A stretch of 63,668 bases of DNA, filler included, from Octopus bimaculoides (GCF_001194135.2; 7 parts of 6 records of this genome joined end to end with filler, not necessarily neighbours in it), one strand, 5' to 3'; shown: positions 37,348-51,567, counted from the whole stretch's first letter. Program-made: numbers and translations. Notes: generated by a model not told the origin, from the letters alone.

Positions 37348-37799
37348 TATATATATACATATATGTATATATTTAGATACATTTACATATACACATACAT
37401 ATATGCACGTATATATATATGTATGTACACACACTCGCACACGCACGCTCACACACATACACGCACACATATACACACATTTCCATACGCAATCGCTTTA
37501 GATCTCCGCTTTCTTTCCTTTTTTTCGGAGAATGACATAATTAATAGACAGGCTCCTCTAACACATAATATTCTAATTATTTCTCTCAGTTAACAGGAAT
37601 AGAACACTCAATGTCGGTAGATAGAACCTGTTAAGTATGACATCAAATCAACATTTTCAAGGTGAATGGGTTTATGGCTGCATTCCAGAAAGTTGGCCTT
37701 TCTTTTAGTGTATTTAGCTACGAATATTTTAGGATTGGCCTTTCTAGATATTTTGGCCAAGAATGCTTGAAATAATTGCAATCATCTTTCGCATTTTTA

Positions 37800-38700
37800 T
37801 TTTTCATTTTCCAATAACGATTTGCATAAAGTGGGGTACAAATCAATGATGTAATTGAGTGCTTTGAAGAGAAAATGAAAGAAGAGGCCAACGTTTGATA
37901 TGTACGTTCGCCATGAGAGAGATCTGTGTTGGTTAGATCTAATATTTGTGGAGGCACAATGGCCCAGTGGTTAGGACAGCGGACTCGCGGTTTCGATTCC
38001 CAGACCGGGCGTTGTGAGTGTTTATTGAGCGAAATCACCTAAAGCTCCACGGGGCTCCGGCAGGAGGTGGTGGCGAACCCTGCTGTACCCTTTCACCACA
38101 ACTTTCTCTCACACTTACTTCCTGTTTTTGTTGTGCCTGTAATTCAAACGGTCAGCCTTGTCACACTCTGTGTCACGCTGAATATCCCCGAGAACTACGT
38201 TAAGGGTACACATGTCTGTGGAGTGCTCAGCCACTTGCACGTTAATTTCATGAGCAGGCTGTTCCATTGATCGGATCAACTGGAACCCTCGACGTGTCAA
38301 CAACAATAACAAGATCTAATATTTGGAGCGGTCTCGAGGGGCCTAATTGCATACTGCTAATGTCTAGGGGTGGTGTGATTTACGATGATGTTCTCTCGAT
38401 AGGATCACAGCTAAGGGGCTTTTCTTTTTAGCTATTAAAGGAGACATGATTGATATGGTCGCTCCGAGAGATGTTCTTGAAATCCCTAGGTTACTTTCTC
38501 CATGGAATCAGCACAGGTTTTATATGAGATGTTTAAGTTGTTTGTGTATGGTATTTGGATGGAAAAGATTAAGAAAGAACCATGTAGTGTCACTTACCTG
38601 TGTAAGAGTAAGTGTTGTTGGTTGTGACATCAACCTGGTCAGTGATGTATAGGAGGAGGAGTGAGGAGCCTAGAACGGAACACTGGGGAATATATAATTA
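37800..38700 (-). mobile_element. Highly degenerate LINE reverse transcriptase fragment, split by a SINE C
   Basis: Minus strand IPQCSVLGSSLLLLYITDQV..NNTYSYT (PQGSVL..LYI.D..YADD decay), then RDFKNIS..VSFN and LSWRTYISN. Confidence 0.6.
37949..38311 (+). mobile_element. SINE family C, full-length, 14-bp TSD AGATCTAATATTTG
   Basis: tRNA-like head (TGGCCCAGTGG..GGTTTCGATTCC), (CAA)-rich tail, TSD at 37935-37948 and 38312-38325. Confidence 0.9.
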
Positions 38701-38806
38701 TTATTGAGGTAAGACAAATACAGATTGAAGCGATAGGCCAATCAAATAAGAGATTTCCCGACTCAACAGAAATTTTCTAGAACTTTTATTGCTTAAAACA
38801 CATCAT

Positions 38807-38837
<31 letters not shown>

Positions 38838-39460
38838 AGGAAATCTAATCTGACTGATGACAAGTTAAAAGTAATTTACTTGTATCCTATCCAGGTGGAT
38901 ACTTGTGTGATTTCTCATTAACTTTCTTACATTGGAACCTCACATAACAGCTGGTCTTGTGGCCAACGTAGGTCTGAAGCAACAAATAGATAAATAAAAT
39001 ACGATGTAAGATGTATTAAACATTACGATGGTTATGAGAAGAAATGATAAGAGTGAGTTTATGTAGAGGTTGTTTAAATTTTTGGAGAACAAAGGCTTCA
39101 GTACAGAAAGAAATGAAGAAGATATCATCAGGTAAAGGGGAAGGGGATGTGTATAACATTCGTGAGTAAAGTTTTGCCTTTCTATCGAGCAGTTTTTACT
39201 TCTAAATCATATTTGTTAATTCATGTTTGCCAGAATTGTCTACAGGCGAATGAATAAAGTGACGAATGGTTTGATGTGTAATGACGTAAGCCCGTGTCCA
39301 ATCGTTTGATACTACGCACTGTCACTGGTCATAAGAATACAACCATTCCAACCTAATGAACTTAAACACGTAATTATGGATCTTCAACAGAGATATAATG
39401 AAATATACCGGGAAATAACGTAGACACACTCACTGTCATTTAATATTGCTTCTGTTTCAG

Positions 39461-39538
39461 TACATCGGCAAGGTTTAAAACAGTCCCTGTCCCTTCCATC
39501 GCTTACCGAGAAACAACAGACACACAACAATGGAACTG
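39461..39538 (+). CDS. Candidate 78-nt internal exon of an unidentified gene
   Basis: Acceptor ATTGCTTCTGTTTCAG and donor CTG|GTGAGA. Length is a multiple of 3. Two open frames (xHRQGLKQSLSLPSLTEKQQTHNNGT or TSARFKTVPVPSIAYRETTDTQQWN). Sequence is unique within the window. No homology recognised. Confidence 0.35.
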
Positions 39539-39723
39539 GTGAGAAATCTATAAGCATTTTGTTTTGGTGCAAAAATCAAGGCTAAATGATTTCCTGTGAG
39601 GAAAACCCAGAAATGTTGTATTCCATTTTGTTTTGGGACTAAAGGGTATTTCTTGACGTTTTACTATTGAATGTGTTCTATTGTTGTGGCAGAAACACGG
39701 TAAGATGCGGGAAGACAGACAGT

Positions 39724-39776
<53 letters not shown>

Positions 39777-40516
39777 TGGTGATGAAATACGAAGAGACAA
39801 CGATGCAAACATTGAAATAAATATAATACAAGCAGAACGCCTCAATTTTTGTTGGGGAGGAAAGAGATGATTCCGATAGAGTACATTTATCTACTTATTT
39901 TATCAGTTATTGACGCCGGAAGGATAGAAAATAAAGTCGACACCGGCTGGATTCGAGCTCAGAACTTAGTGAAGAGCAGCTAAAAACCGCAAGGAATCTT
40001 GGCAGTCGCATACCGACTGTGCCAACCAACTAACTTGAAGCAGAAAAAGAAGAAAGAAATGAATAGATTCGGGAAATGAAGAGGAGATGGGATCAGAGAG
40101 AGCAATAGATTAAGAGGTAGAGAGCTTAAATTGTTAGAGATAGTAAAGGAAGTATGAGAGACAGATAGACAGATATATATAGACAGAGAGAGAGGGAAGG
40201 AGAAGTAGAGACAAAATATCAGAGACTGAAACATTGAGAGAGTAGTGTGGCAGTGATGGTGGTGGTGGTGGTGGTGGTGGTGGGTGTTGATGAGTGTATG
40301 TTTGGTGGTGGTGAGTGTGAAGTACCGAAAATAGATGATGTTATCGTGGCATTTGTTGCTGATGTTTATTCCAAGACTTCGCTTGTTGTTCTTGATGTCT
40401 TGTTACTTTACAATTCTCGCAAAACTGCTATTTTACATCGCCTTCATCTTGACGGCACACTTCTGCAATCCACATCAGTCTACTTACTTAACTTGCAGTG
40501 ACAGCTGCTGTCACGT

Positions 40517-40583
<67 letters not shown>

Positions 40584-40649
40584 AAACGCATACATTTGTA
40601 TGTATATGATGTGTGTGTACGCGCGTGTATGAGTGTATATATATATGCC

Positions 40650-40684
<35 letters not shown>

Positions 40685-41309
40685 CGCTTATGTATATATA
40701 TCGTTTATATTCATGCACACATGTACATATATATAGATGCACACATACATATGTGCATATACAAATATGCATCTGCATACATAAAATATATACGTGTATG
40801 TGTCTGCTATTATGAATATGCTATCTGTTTTATATATGAGTACATATACATGAATATATATATGAATATATATGTGTGTGTGTGTGTGTGTATGTATATA
40901 TGTATATATATATATATGTATGTATATATATATATACATATATATGTATGTATGTATGTATGTATATATATATATATATATATATATTTGTATATATATA
41001 TACATATATACATATATATATACTATATACATATATATTTATATACATATATATACATATATATNNNNNNNNNNNNNNNNNNNNNNNNNNNNNNNNNNNN
41101 NNNNNNNNNNNNNNNNNNNNNNNNNNNNNNNNNNNNNNNNNNNNNNNNNNNNNNNNNNNNNNNNNNNNNNNNNNNNNNNNNNNNNNNNNNNNNNNNNNNN
41201 NNNNNNNNNNNNNNNNNNNNNNNNNNNNNNNNNNNNNNNNNNNNNNNNNNNNNNNNNNNNNNNNNNNNNNNNNNNNNNNNNNNNNNNNNNNNNNNNNNNN
41301 NNNNNNNNN

Positions 41310-41342
<33 letters not shown>

Positions 41343-42224
41343 CACACACACACACATCTATATTTATGCATGGCCATATTCATATGCATACACATATACA
41401 CGTAGCAATGTAAGACTGAGAGGGAGAGAGGCAGAAGGGGACAGGGAGAAACAGAGAGAGAGAGACCATAACAAGACCCCAAAAATTGCATACATATTAA
41501 ATAACAACAACGGCTTGATTCAATAATGCAAAGCAGTGAAACAAACACTTTTCTAATAAGCAGAAACAACTGAGAGGGCGTCCATCTTTCATAATGAATG
41601 TTTCAATGAGGGTTTTCATGTTTGCTTTACGAAATTGGTTTGATGTTTTGTACGGATTTTATTATCTTCTTTTTTATAATTTTATTTATTTTGTATGAAG
41701 AACTGTCATCTCCATTGAAATAAATGGAATCCGGTAAATGGCATTGGGAAGGCACAAAAGAATGGAAACAAGGAATATATCGAGGAAAATAATGATACCT
41801 ATACTACTAATGCTACTATAACTTCTAAGATTATGATGGTGATGGTGATGGTGATGGTGATGGTGCTGTTACTGAGGCTGGTAGTGGTGCTGGTGTTAGT
41901 GTGGGGAATGTAGTGTTTCTGCTGCTGCCATTGCTGTTGTTGCTCGGTGGGGGTGTAGGCGATAGATGTACGTGGTGGTGGTAGTGGTGGTGGTGGTGGT
42001 GCTGGTGCTGCTGCTGCTGCTGGTGATCTTGGTGTGGGTGGTGGTGGCTGTAGTTACAGTAGAGGTGAAAAAGAAAATGATGATGATGATGATGACAACG
42101 ATGATGATGATGCTGATGGTAGGGTGGGGTGGGTGATGATAAGGAGGAGGAGGAGGAGAAAGAGGAGGATTGATGGGTGATGGTGGTGGTGGTGGTGACA
42201 ACGACGATGACGACGTTGAAGGCT

Positions 42225-42274
<50 letters not shown>

Positions 42275-42404
42275 CCCAAATGTAGTTGATCAGACATATG
42301 TTTCCTAACATCCTTTTTTCTCGCAACAATACAATAATATGGACATTTTAAAGCGGGAGACATAATTACAATAATAATTACAATGATTATCATAATGATA
42401 ATGA

Positions 42405-42995
42405 TTTCAACTTTTGCCCAGCAATTTCGGGGGTTGAAGTAAGTCAATTACATAGACCCCAGTGCTCAACCGGTACTTGTTTTATCGACCCCGAAAAGAT
42501 AAAAGGTAAAGTCGACCTCGGTAGAATTTGAACTCAGAACGTAAGGATGGATGAAATACCGCAAATGATGATGATGATGATGATGATGGTGATGATTTCT
42601 CCTGTAGGCAGGAGGCCAGCAATTTTCAGTGGCGAGGAGATTTGTCCATTACATCAACCACAGTCCTTAACGGATACTTTATTTCTATCGATCTCGAAAG
42701 GATGAATGCAAAGTCGACCTCCGAGGGATTTGAGATTAAAGAGCCGAAACAGATAAGGCATTTTACCTGACATTTTAACGATTCTGCCAGTTTAATAATA
42801 ATAATAATGGTTTCAAATTTTACTACACGGGCAGCAATTTGGTGGGAGGGGATGAGTCGATTACATCGACCTCAGTCCTTAACTGGTACTTATTTTATCT
42901 ACTCCGAGAGGATGAAAGGCGAAATCGATACTAAACTACAGGAAAAACGCCGTTAAGTATTTTGCCCAGTGCAGTTACGATCCTGCCAGCTCGCT
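42405..42995 (-). mobile_element. Cluster of three co-oriented SINE family A copies
   Basis: ~42405-42560, 42605-42790 and 42805-42995, separated by (GAT)n/(AAT)n. Confidence 0.85.
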
Positions 42996-43118
42996 AAACA
43001 AATAACGAAAACTATGGTACTAGATAAACATTAATAATGTTAGTAATATCGGACAAACAAGTAGAATCAATAACTAAAATGTGAATATATATTGTATCTG
43101 GAGAGTCATATTGCCTTA

Positions 43119-43175
<57 letters not shown>

Positions 43176-43734
43176 TATAAGAGAGAGTAAATATATGTAT
43201 ATGTTTCTGTATGGGAATGCATATAAGTGAAATAAATAAAATCTTTCAATAAAAAAGATATGGCTGAACTTTAGGAAAAATATCTTTAATGAAAATGCAG
43301 ACGTCTTAAAACTGTTTATTTGGATTGTGTCATAATTTGAATAACATTAAAAAGAAGTGGGGGAAGAAAGCTAATAGTGCTTAGATATCATATGCAAACA
43401 AATTATCAGATATTTCAGAGAGTTCTTATGGTAACTACCCACGTCTAAATTATCATTTTGTTGACCTTGAAACACTGCAAGTAAGGTAATGGAAAATCTA
43501 CATAAAACAGCCGAGAAGGGAGTACGAATTGCTTGTCAATATCAACAAGGTAATAAATCTCCGTCTTGTTTAGCCGATGTACATGTTTGTTTGACTATCG
43601 TTTCAATTACAATAGTGTCTCAGGTATGTAGTACAGTGAGTTAAAAAAATCTTCGAACAACTTCAATTTTCCCAGCAGTTAGTGGTCAAAAACTCTTTCG
43701 AGGGTATTTGAAAATATAAAAATAACAAACAAGG

Positions 43735-43990
43735 GAGATGTGATTAGAATGTCGCGGGAAAGAATCGCAAGACGGATTCTTTAAACCGAGCCAACTAGTA
43801 GGAGACCTAAGAGTAAGCCAAGTACGACATGGTCGGATAATATCGATAGTGCCAGTTGGTCATGCTTGTGAATCCAGCTAGAAAGTATAATGATAGCTGC
43901 TTCTGACAGGATCCAATAGTGGAGGTACCTGAGGACACGATCCTCTCGGGCACAGAGAACGGAGAAGATAGAAGAGTGGATGAATAGGAA
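43735..43990 (+). mobile_element. Degenerate RTE ORF C-terminal fragment
   Basis: GDVIRMSRERIARR..RRPKSKPSTTWSDNI resembles GHV.RM..ER....GKRPRGRPRTRW.D.I. Confidence 0.55.
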
Positions 43991-44574
43991 AACCTTCTGA
44001 AAAAAAATAACTGGATATACAAGGTGTTTCATAATGATGGGGCACAGTCTGAAACAAGTAACTATGACAAACAAAGCACATTTATTAAGTAACGAGCTTG
44101 TAAATTACAACTAAAATGTGTTCTATCATAATGAGGGACCTTGTAAATATAATTATTCGTGCATAATTTATTTTAGAACAATCCAGAGAATTACGATTAC
44201 GACCAGTATATAAATGTAATCCCCTTTACTTGAAACCAGTTTGAGGAGTGCCAATGCATGAAACTTTCTGCCCTTGAGTCACTCTATAACTTATGCTGAT
44301 TATTAATAATAAAAAATACATATTTATTCATGTTTTGGGTTCTATTTTCTTGTTAGCATCACGAAATTCATGTTGGTGTTTTTGTTGTTGTCCTTCCTGG
44401 CCAGAACGTCAGCCTTCTAAAATCATGTCCCTGTTTATGTGTTGCCAGCTAATACAGACCAGTAATTGTTTAAATATAGAACATTAACAACGTCAATCTC
44501 ACCAATTTCAGACCTTCAAGGGACATACACACTACTATCCCTTCGCCCGGATTCAGCAAGTAAATAAAGAAGCT

Positions 44575-44757
44575 GCGCAAGAGTGGCTATGTGGTTAAGA
44601 ATCTTTCTCTCTCTTCATGCCATCACGGGTTCAGTCCTGCTGTGTGGTACCTTGAGCGAGTCTCTTCTACAAAAGCCCCGACCTGATCAAAGCCTTGTGA
44701 GCAGATTCGGTAGACGGAAATTCAAAGAAGCATGTTGTATATACATGAATGTATGTA

Positions 44758-44760
<3 letters not shown>
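44575..44760 (+). mobile_element. SINE family B, 5' half followed by (TG)n
   Basis: GAGTGGCTATGTGGTTAAG..GGGTTCAGTCC..AAAGCCTTGTGAG..GGTAGACGGAAA. Confidence 0.8.
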
Positions 44761-44827
<67 letters not shown>

Positions 44828-45039
44828 TGTCTGTCTGTCTGTCTGCCTGTCTGTCTGTCTATCTGTCTGTGTTTCACAGTATAAAATATATAAATATATA
44901 ATTTTAAAGAAAAGAACCAAAGTTCATGAACTCATCCATGAAAATCCAGTCATATATAGAAAAATTTAATAAGTAAATACACGATAAATAAGTATAATAA
45001 AATACAAAGTAAAAAGCATAAAATAATAATAATAAAACG

Positions 45040-45139
45040 NNNNNNNNNNNNNNNNNNNNNNNNNNNNNNNNNNNNNNNNNNNNTTAATTAATTAANNNNN
45101 NNNNNNNNNNNNNNNNNNNNNNNNNNNNNNNNNNNNNNN
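45040..45139. other. Artificial scaffold linker
   Basis: 44 N + TTAATTAATTAA (45084-45095) + 44 N. Confidence 0.95.
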
Positions 45140-45494
45140 CTCTAAATGAAGTATTAACAGTAACTGCACGATAAAGTGTAGTATATTGCCACTTAAGTGT
45201 GGCTGACCCCTAGGGGTGGATGTTACCGTTGCTTTTAGCCCCAGGAGGACATCTCCTCCAGCTGGCTTATCGACACGCTAATGTGTTCTGTTTGGCAAGG
45301 GAAGTTATCCCTCCCATCATGATCTGTAGTACGAACGGACCCGGGTTTCAGGGTTATTTCCCTTCGTCGGCGTTCGATAGCCACTGATCTTTGATGAGAG
45401 AGACAAAATCTTGGCAATCTTATATCTACTTTTCCAGTGAAATTCTTCACTGATATCGAAAAGGTGAAAACAAGCAATGTTAATTCTCTAAATG
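45140..45494. mobile_element. Second copy of the 37029-37310 repeat, with a partial tandem restart
   Basis: Reverse complement of 37089-37296 at 45140-45350. The end motif AAGCAATGTTAATTCTCTAAATG recurs at 45472-45494. Confidence 0.7.
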
Positions 45495-46149
45495 NNNNNN
45501 NNNNNNNNNNNNNNNNNNNNNNNNNNNNNNNNNNNNNNNNNNNNNNNNNNNNNNNNNNNNNNNNNNNNNNNNNNNNNNNNNNNNNNNNNNNNNNNNNNNN
45601 NNNNNNNNNNNNNNNNNNNNNNNNNNNNNNNNNNNNNNNNNNNNNNNNNNNNNNNNNNNNNNNNNNNNNNNNNNNNNNNNNNNNNNNNNNNNNNNNNNNN
45701 NNNNNNNNNNNNNNNNNNNNNNNNNNNNNNNNNNNNNNNNNNNNNNNNNNNNNNNNNNNNNNNNNNNNNNNNNNNNNNTATATATATATATATATATATA
45801 TATATTTACAAACACACAAAAACCACATATTTTTATCTATGAATCTTTAGTAATACTTAGTCCCTGCGATGTACTTGCTCAAATGCAGATGATTTGATAT
45901 TAAAACATTATCACAAATTATACGTCAGCAAAGTAATTTAATGATAAATTTTCATATAGATGGAATAAATTGCAAAAATTATCGATTTACATTACGACAA
46001 GAAAAGAAATTATGCATACCAGAAAGATGACACCACGCAAGTAGCGTTATATCTTATGTATAGCAGAACAAATGCGCCCAAAGGAAAATCTACTGAACAT
46101 AAAATCACATACAAAATATATCAAGTAAACAAGCCTACAAAAGATTGCT

Positions 46150-46900
46150 TAAAAAGAAAAACAAAAACTAGAAGATATCACCCAACAGTACCAACAGCAG
46201 AGGTACACTTTGCGATCAATGCATTTGTGAATCTGTCAAAGGCACCTGAAACTGTGGACTGTGCAGTATTCTCATAAAATTTGGTTGACTCTTCTAACTC
46301 TGCCACTTCTAAGTATGAATATCTACTCTCGTTGTTATTGGAGTACTTTCACCTAAAATCATTAGTTGGGTAATGCAATGTGCTGACTGTTGTATCGTTT
46401 TAAACTTCCTCATTTGTGTGATCGCACAATTTAACATACAAATTGAAAACGCGAGAGGGCCACGACCCACAATTACATTTACCCTCGACGGAAAACTTTT
46501 GAACATCAGAAGGCAACATGTCGTCATCAGGAACAAATATCTTCTTCAGCCAGGTATACCATGGCCAACACCAGGCTGGAAGTCCATAAAAGGTGGTTCA
46601 ATGATCAACTGATGACTATTTTTTAAGAGAAGCACCATAAATTGCAGGGTGCTAGTCATCTTGGAGGTCTGACATTTGCAGTGGTTTTCAGGATATGGGG
46701 CAGAGCCACACGCGTCAATGCAACTAGAAGTGAAAAAGTAGGTATACTCGCAGTTCCATCTCCCTTCTCCAACCAAATACTTATAAATCTATTCTGAGAC
46801 TGGAACTTAATGTCATGGACTGGGATGTACAATCAGTAAATGCTTCCGCAAATGAAGACGATCTTCGTCGTTGCGAAGAGACAGCCAAATGCATAAATAT
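46150..46900 (-). pseudogene. Possible decayed coding sequence of unknown origin
   Basis: Unique, compositionally balanced sequence. The minus frame FYGLPAWCWPWYTWLKKIFVPDDDMLPSDVQKFSVEGKCNCGSWP..ELEESTKFYENT..DRFTNALIAKCTSAVG has only sporadic stops. No family recognised. Confidence 0.25.
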
Positions 46901-47749
46901 GTGTTTGTGTATATGTGTGCCTGTGTATGGATGTGTGCTTGTGTATGGATGTGTGCTTGTGTATGGATGTGTGCGTCTGTATGTGAACGAATTTCTATTA
47001 AGTTCCATAGGCAGTAATATAATTTAGACTGCTAGGTTGCAAAAGCGTTAATATTGTCACTGAATGTTGCCATCGTAGTTAATGGACAGACAGAAACGGA
47101 AACAAATACAACCCCCCCCCCAAAAAAAAGAAAATCTTTACATAATGCATATATTTAACAAACTACTGTTGTGGAGAATATTGAAGTGTATAACTGGTAT
47201 TATAATATCTCACTGGTGGGACGTATTGTCAAGTCGCCTCGGATGCAATATGAATTAGAAATAACATTTGAAGCGATGTGAGAAACTTAACATTTGCGGC
47301 TTCAAATCTTTAGAGCTGAGCTAAAGTGATTACTGGAGTGGGAATTGTTAAATAGAAAACAGAAACAAACTTTCAGTCTTGACTGGAAATCGACATTTTC
47401 AAAGATAATGACGGTGTGGGAATGTAAATGGTAGCGCGTAGATTGATAGGCTGTCATGCGTAGTGTTAGCTGTAGAATATATATACACACATATGAGTCG
47501 TATTTGACTCTGTGTGTTTGTATGTGTATATGTGTGTGTGTGTGAGTCTATTTATGTAACTGTTTGTGAGTTGTGTCTTGTGCTTATTATGTACTTGTGC
47601 GTATAAATGAAGGCGTATAATTCTTTAGTTGATATAATTCGTAAATATATAACAATATAATTTTGTCTATGTATAACTATATGATGATGACGATAATAAT
47701 GATGATGATGCTGATGGTGATGATGATGATGATGATGATGAGGATGATG

Positions 47750-47805
<56 letters not shown>

Positions 47806-48892
47806 CAAAACTGTACAAATACAAATATATGGTACCCTAGGCATAACACCTACATGAACTTCTAACTTGTTGTCTCTTGAGGTCTCTGGGTGAGACTTGG
47901 ATCCAACTTGTACAAATGCAAAACAAAAGTCAAACATAAAATAATAATAATAATGATAATAATAATAATATAGTAAACAGGGACAACGTATATACATTGA
48001 AATACATATCTATATGAGTATATATGTGTATAGACATAAGCCACACACGCGAACACAGACACACAAACACAAACACACACACAAACACACAAAGAAACAC
48101 GTATATAATGTTATATATATATAACTACAGATTTTGAGGAACGAGAAATGTACTTCGATGTGTTGAAGTTTCGAGAGTCCTGTAATAGTTTGGGGAAGCC
48201 ATTTTGGTCATGTAGTTTCGTTGTGTGAATGATGTGTGGTTCTTTATATTCAATACTTTCATAAGGTTTTTTTGTATGATGTGTGATAGAAATATGATGG
48301 GTGGTAGATGCAAAGCGACATTTAGAAATCCACTATTCCAGCTTCATTGTTAGCACAAACTTCATCATTCTATCCGCACATTATGTCGGCACAACCTAAT
48401 TGCTATTTCAATGAGCAAAAACAGGGAGGAAAAAAAAACACCTTCACACTAATCAATCTACTACATTGCTACACAACAGGCAAAGATATATGATTTATCT
48501 TGAAACAACTATTGAATCGCCACTAGCTGTTTTCTTTTTAGTTACACTTTTTTATTAAATCTTCCATAAAGGAATTTTTTTCTGACTCACATTCTTATTC
48601 GAAGCCAAACTAATTTTTCCTGCGTAATTTGGCTAAGGGATGTGATAACAGGGCGCGGCTGTTGGGGCGCTATTGAATTGGCGCGGTTGACTGGGCAATG
48701 AATCTGTTTTGCCGACGGTACGTTTTAGTAATGAAGGCATATACAGACACAGAGACGTAAACAGAAATATGTACCAACAGAGAAAGTGCGGGGTGGTGGT
48801 GGCGGAAAGAGAAACATTAAAATTTATTAATGAAACCTGACTAATATATGCACTTTCTCTCTGTTCATACTCATAAAAAGAAGTATTCTTTT

Positions 48893-49305
48893 CTACTCTA
48901 GGTACAAAGCCCGAAATGTTTGGGGAAGCGGCCAGTCGATTATAACGACCCCAGTACGCAACTGGTACTTAATTTATCGACCCGAATGGATGAAAGCAAA
49001 GCCGACCTCGGCGGAATTTGAACTCGGAACGTAAGGACAGACGAAATACCGCCAAGCATTTCGCGCGGCGTGCTAACGATTCTTATTTCTTTACTGCCCA
49101 CAAGGGGTTACACACAGAGGGGACAAACAAGGACAGACAAAGGGATTAAGATGATTATATCGACCCCAGTGCGTAACTGACACTTATTTAATCGACCCCG
49201 AAAGGATGAAATGTTCAGTCGACCTCAGTGGAATTTGAACTCAGAACGTAGAGGCAGACGAAATACTGGTAAGCATTTCGCCCAGTGTGCTAACGTTTCT
49301 GCCAG
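48893..49305 (-). mobile_element. Two tandem SINE family A copies (different 3' tail variants)
   Basis: 48893-49080 has the CTCTAGGTACAAAGCCCG tail; 49082-49305 has the CTTTACTGCCCACAAGGGG tail. Confidence 0.85.
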
Positions 49306-49400
49306 TATTAGAATAATTTCACATACGTGAACACACACATACACAACCGCACACACATAAATACCGAGAGAGTGAGAGAGTGAGTGNNNNNNNNNNNNNN

Positions 49401-49442
<42 letters not shown>

Positions 49443-50131
49443 TCGAGAGAGAGAAGGAGGGGAAGAGAACAAGAGAAGCATTAAAACACCTGATATCAAA
49501 TAAGTCATCAGCATCGAATAAGCGACGGCTAACAAGCGCAGCCAAACCTGTTGCGCCGAAACGTTTCTTGTCTACACGGCTATGTTTGTCAACTCAAAAC
49601 TTCATTGTGGTAGATTATTTCCTTTATGATTAAAAACAATCTACGTTTACAAAAAAATAACATACGCACTCATGCAAACACAAAATACACAAACACCATG
49701 TGCATTGGAAAATTTTTAACACATCATAAAAGAGAAGAACCTGCCCTCTAAAAATAATTCATCGCTACTGTATCACAGAGTCAAGTTACCACATGTAAAA
49801 TGCAAAAATCTGTTATTCAGACATTCAACAGAAGGAAGATAAAATCTTTGGTCCCTGGGAGACAATGACGCGTTCAATTCCTACGCTAAATTTTGCCTTC
49901 TCTCATTCTTAGATAAATTGAGGTACCTAGCAAACAGTGATTACGCTTCACCCGCATCTACCTCATTTTCTCCCCCACCCCCACACGCACGCACACACAC
50001 ACAAACACACAAACACACACACACACACACACAGACACACACACACACACACACACACGCACAAACACAAGCACACCCCCACACACAGAACGCAAACACA
50101 CAAAAAAACACACACTCACACACATACATCT

Positions 50132-50220
<89 letters not shown>

Positions 50221-50936
50221 TACACATATATACATATACGTGTGTTTGTGTGTGTATATGTATATTTATGTATGTGTATAATATGTATGTGTATATTATG
50301 TATGTGTATATACTTGTATATTTATCCTTCTTTTTCTCTCTGTCTGTCTCTCTCTCTCTCCATAGACACACACACACACACGTACATATATGCACTCTCT
50401 TTCTTTTTCTCTTTCATTCTCTGTGTAGATGGAAGAACATATAATAACCACTTATTACTGATACTCCCACAGCTGAGTAGATACAAGAGATAACATAAGA
50501 AATATTTGAGCTTCTTTCATAAACCATTAAAAATTCTTGTATGAACCTTAATTGCTAGTTAAATCTCCATTGTTCTTTTAGATGTCTGATAATGGTGTCA
50601 AAAGGTTTGCGAGAAGTATGTTGCACGAAGAAAAAAATTACGAGTTTATTTCAGATACAAGTTTGATACATGACATTTTACTTCCTGTACAATTATATAT
50701 CGCATACATAGTGTATTCATATTTTTGTAATTAGTTTTATGGTTAACTATATTTACTTTCGTTGGTATAGCAACTGTGTTCAAAATCAGCCATCGCATGT
50801 TGTGTATTTCACATTGGAAAGAGATGGAACAAATTCTAGTGATTTTTATATAAATACTTTGTAAATAGAGGTTCCGCAGATTCTGTTTCAATGAAGTTGG
50901 TGTTTTCTGAATAAACTGTAGTATATATATATATAT

Positions 50937-51036
50937 NNNNNNNNNNNNNNNNNNNNNNNNNNNNNNNNNNNNNNNNNNNNTTAATTAATTAANNNNNNNN
51001 NNNNNNNNNNNNNNNNNNNNNNNNNNNNNNNNNNNN
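50937..51036. other. Artificial scaffold linker
   Basis: 44 N + TTAATTAATTAA (50981-50992) + 44 N. Confidence 0.95.
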
Positions 51037-51525
51037 CCCACCCATACCCCACCCACCCAAACATACTAATATACAAATGAATATACACCAGTTAAGACAA
51101 TCACCTCGAATAAAGAATGTCGTTTCACTTCTGCTACAACCCTCAGATCAGCCTTGGTTTGAGCCCCCTCCCCCATAATCCAACAGCGTCCCTATCGTGA
51201 CCCTTCCATCGATTGGCTAAAAGTAAAAGACCAAACACTTACATGTGTCTGTGTCCCTTGTCACGATAACTGTGTGGGATTTGTGTTTGATTTAGTTGCT
51301 ATTTCTAGCTAGTCGAGCGTCCACTTGAGGCGTTGACTCGTCCCTAATTGATGGCCTCTCGTTTTCTAGAGATCCGCTGTTCTAGGGACTGTCCCCTGTC
51401 TAAACACTATTTTATTCAGAGGCTCTCCTTCACGCTCTCTCCTTTCACACACACACACACACACATACACAACTTTTTGGAGTCTCTCTCAAATGATAAT
51501 ACACAGACCTACACACGTGTGTAGG

Positions 51526-51567
<42 letters not shown>

